From the IMG/VR virus record IMGVR_UViG_3300027749_000034: a DNA stretch of 64,000 bases; one strand, written 5' to 3'. The translations under genes were made by a program, and so were the position numbers. The stretch comes from a virus (lineage: Duplodnaviria; Caudoviricetes). The notes under the pieces are model-generated. The model was not told the DNA's origin, searched no databases, and was given only the letters and a program-made list of their open reading frames with translations. Positions within the stretch are counted from its first letter, which is position 1. Each line of letters begins with the position of its first letter. Shown one piece after another: positions 63,510-64,000 of this stretch.

Positions 63510-64000
63510 ATGCAACTATCACAAGTTGAAGTTCTAGCCAGTTCTAGAGCGTTATTGAAGAATGTACCATTCCGTACCAAATTTGAAAGAGAAAACTTTC
63601 TATATGGATCGGCCAGTGGTCCAAGACTATTGGTTATTCTTTGCCAAGAAATTGAAGCGTTGAATAATTTGTTCGAGCAAACCAGCAATGAAGACGAACT
63701 AGCGTCAGTGCTAAATGAAATGAATATCATTCTAGAAAAAATTAATGAACTAAAGGCTGAAATTGGCACAGATATTGAAACAGCCTTGGAAAATGCAGAA
63801 CCTGAATTCTGGGTAGAAGCATTGGCCAGAAAAGCCGCAATTGAAGCATTGACACAAAAGTTTAGTTTTGATAATATGGAACAGATGTTAAAATTACCAG
63901 CTGAACTGTATGAAGAAACAATTACCAAGTGCCAAAGTTTTCTTAATGTAATTAATAAGACCACCAGGTTAGCAGAACGCAAGGCAAATTTATCTAATGT
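63510..64000 (+). CDS. Hypothetical helical protein, 3'-truncated (absent from the ORF track)
   Basis: AAAGGAG SD then ATG 63510; MQLSQVEVLASSRALLKNVPFRTKFERENF... stays open to the window end. A TACATA motif lies at 63480. Confidence 0.8.
   Translation, partial: MQLSQVEVLASSRALLKNVPFRTKFERENFLYGSASGPRLLVILCQEIEALNNLFEQTSNEDELASVLNEMNIILEKINELKAEIGTDIETALENAEPEFWVEALARKAAIEALTQKFSFDNMEQMLKLPAELYEETITKCQSFLNVINKTTRLAERKANLSN

Noticed and set aside
63494-63982. Tracked minus-strand ORF of 162 aa
   Set aside because: It is the antisense shadow of a plus-strand gene starting at 63510 with a strong SD, which the track missed because it has no stop inside the window.
1-64000. Stop-codon reassignment, as seen in some jumbo phages
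   Set aside because: Very long ORFs (up to 3702 aa) are intact in the standard code, genes tile with normal overlaps, and TAG and TGA both end plausible genes (for example 3761, 38419, 506).
1-64000. tRNA, rRNA, integrase/att sites, inteins
   Set aside because: No cloverleaf or T-loop signatures in the few intergenic gaps, no recombinase motifs, and thyX, gp46, gp47, portal and capsid have ordinary lengths with no intein motifs.

Overview
This window is a 64-kb segment of an AT-rich, T4-related jumbo myophage genome read in the standard genetic code. Its gene content and order resemble RaK2/GAP32/XacN1-like and freshwater jumbo phages (inference from recognisable motifs, no database search). 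Left to right it contains five blocks. (i) An AsnB-like PP-loop enzyme on +. (ii) A tightly coupled minus-strand run of 16 genes (1573-13397): thyX, a fatty-acid desaturase, two GNAT-like proteins, a PP-loop ATPase, an Asp/Asn beta-hydroxylase-like oxygenase, a methyltransferase-like protein, at least 4 glycosyltransferase-like proteins and a lipoprotein. (iii) A minus-strand baseplate/tail block with a GGY-repeat protein, a 3702-aa giant protein, gp6, gp25, gp5, a hub protein, gp53, a tube-initiator-like protein and a nucleotidyltransferase. (iv) A plus-strand island under a perfect sigma70 promoter (gp55-like sigma, MazG-like, DUF465-like, gp47, gp46, Hc1-like, GIY-YIG nuclease), followed by a ~650-nt ORF-free, structured region. 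(v) gp51/gp26-like genes, tape measure, portal, head genes, major capsid, an FG-repeat holin and repeat-rich tail fibres. No tRNA, rRNA, CRISPR-cas, integrase, reverse transcriptase, intron or intein was seen. Best leads: the candidate large ncRNA with an upstream short repeat array next to the GIY-YIG nuclease (42020-42670); the late-promoter-linked modification enzyme operon; probable leaderless late mRNAs; and the (GGY)19 and FG-repeat low-complexity inserts.
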